DNA of 64,000 bases from a virus: the IMG/VR virus record IMGVR_UViG_3300044675_002751, positions 1-64,000 of that record. One strand, written 5' to 3'. Below the pieces are notes generated by a model that worked only from the letters and a program-made list of their open reading frames with translations, did not search any database and had not been told where the DNA came from. The number at the start of each line of letters is the position of its first letter. Position 1 is the stretch's first letter. Position numbers and translations under genes: made by a program. Positions 63,399 to 64,000 of this stretch are shown here, piece after piece.

Positions 63399-64000
63399 TT
63401 AATTTCTTTTATGATTGTAGTTAATACGTTGAGATGATGTCTTATTTCTTTTAAACTTAGCTTTCTCAGCAGAACTCATTTCAGATGAAGTCTTTGGAGT
63501 TTCAGAAGATACTCTTTTAGAAGGACGACATGCAGGATAACCTTTACGACTTTCTCCTTCTTGTCTACCACAAGTTTTTCCTGTCTTTACATCAACCCAC
63601 TTTTCAGCAAACCATCTGTCCAATCCACCGTGCTGACCACCTTTGGCCATCATATTAATTTCTCCACCTTGTTTCTTTTGAAAGAATAATGGCAGATTCT
63701 CTGTTTTATTTTTAACATACTGCATATAACCACCTGGACTCAAAAAAGATTTAGGATTAATATCATATATATCATATACTCCTTTCTTAGAGTTAAACTT
63801 GACATTACCAGATACATTATCAACATCTAAAGCAATACCTTTATCTCTTAACTGTTTTGCTTGTTTAAGAAATAGTGCGTAAGCATCTCTACTTGATAGA
63901 TTTAGTTTTTCAACATTAGTATTATTAAGATTATCCATAATACTAACTTCATTTTTTGTAGGACCAGTACCTTTCCATACTGACGGAGTATCAAAGTTTT
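63399..64000 (-). CDS. C-terminal part of a modular protein (5'-truncated by window): kinase-like remnant plus GLxRWF..CRP module
   Basis: Frame stays open from 63938 to the window end; LRDKGIALD..SGNV..IYD; KKQGG, MAKGG; GLDRWFAEKWVD..CG..YPACRPSKRVS..TPKT. Confidence 0.65.
   Translation of the reverse strand, partial: NFDTPSVWKGTGPTKNEVSIMDNLNNTNVEKLNLSSRDAYALFLKQAKQLRDKGIALDVDNVSGNVKFNSKKGVYDIYDINPKSFLSPGGYMQYVKNKTENLPLFFQKKQGGEINMMAKGGQHGGLDRWFAEKWVDVKTGKTCGRQEGESRKGYPACRPSKRVSSETPKTSSEMSSAEKAKFKRNKTSSQRINYNHKRN

Noticed and set aside
1-64000. Stop-codon reassignment as in some crAss-like phages
   Set aside because: Genes up to 9.6 kb are intact in code 11, and TAG and TGA end genes at sensible, often coupled, positions; no suppressor tRNA seen

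Overview
A 64-kb slice of an AT-rich, lytic, crAss-like (Crassvirales-related) tailed phage, most likely infecting a Bacteroidota host (Bacteroidota-type TTTG..TAnnTTTG promoters, A-rich leaders). It uses the standard genetic code. I found no tRNA, rRNA, CRISPR array, integrase, terminase, portal or major capsid gene in the window. There are four transcription blocks. (1) 1-11559 (+): accessory genes, including an HNH nuclease, a DUF6915/DUF6878/DUF6745/DUF4241-like cluster, an SF2 helicase, a NinB-like protein, uracil-DNA glycosylase and a MoxR-type AAA+/vWA pair. (2) 11571-15440 (-): a lysis and membrane cassette with two endolysins. (3) 15551-34569 (+): replication and nucleotide metabolism, including a DnaA domain-IV protein, SF4 helicase, primase, PD-(D/E)XK nuclease, family-B polymerase, dNMP kinase, a spore-photoproduct-lyase-like radical SAM enzyme, a metallophosphoesterase, ThyX and dCTP deaminase. 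(4) 34571-64000 (-): giant virion/ejection proteins, including a 3199-aa single-chain RNA polymerase (DFDID). The most striking observations follow. The three giant proteins (7173 aa in total) contain only four cysteines, all at the facing termini of consecutive proteins, suggesting a head-to-tail disulfide chain. An HtpG-like GHKL ATPase plus zincin module is built into one of them. Several virion proteins consist of small modules punctuated by repeated xxxGG motifs. A recurrent intergenic TTGTAGAC box is associated with promoters. All family assignments come from motif recognition by eye; no database search was run.
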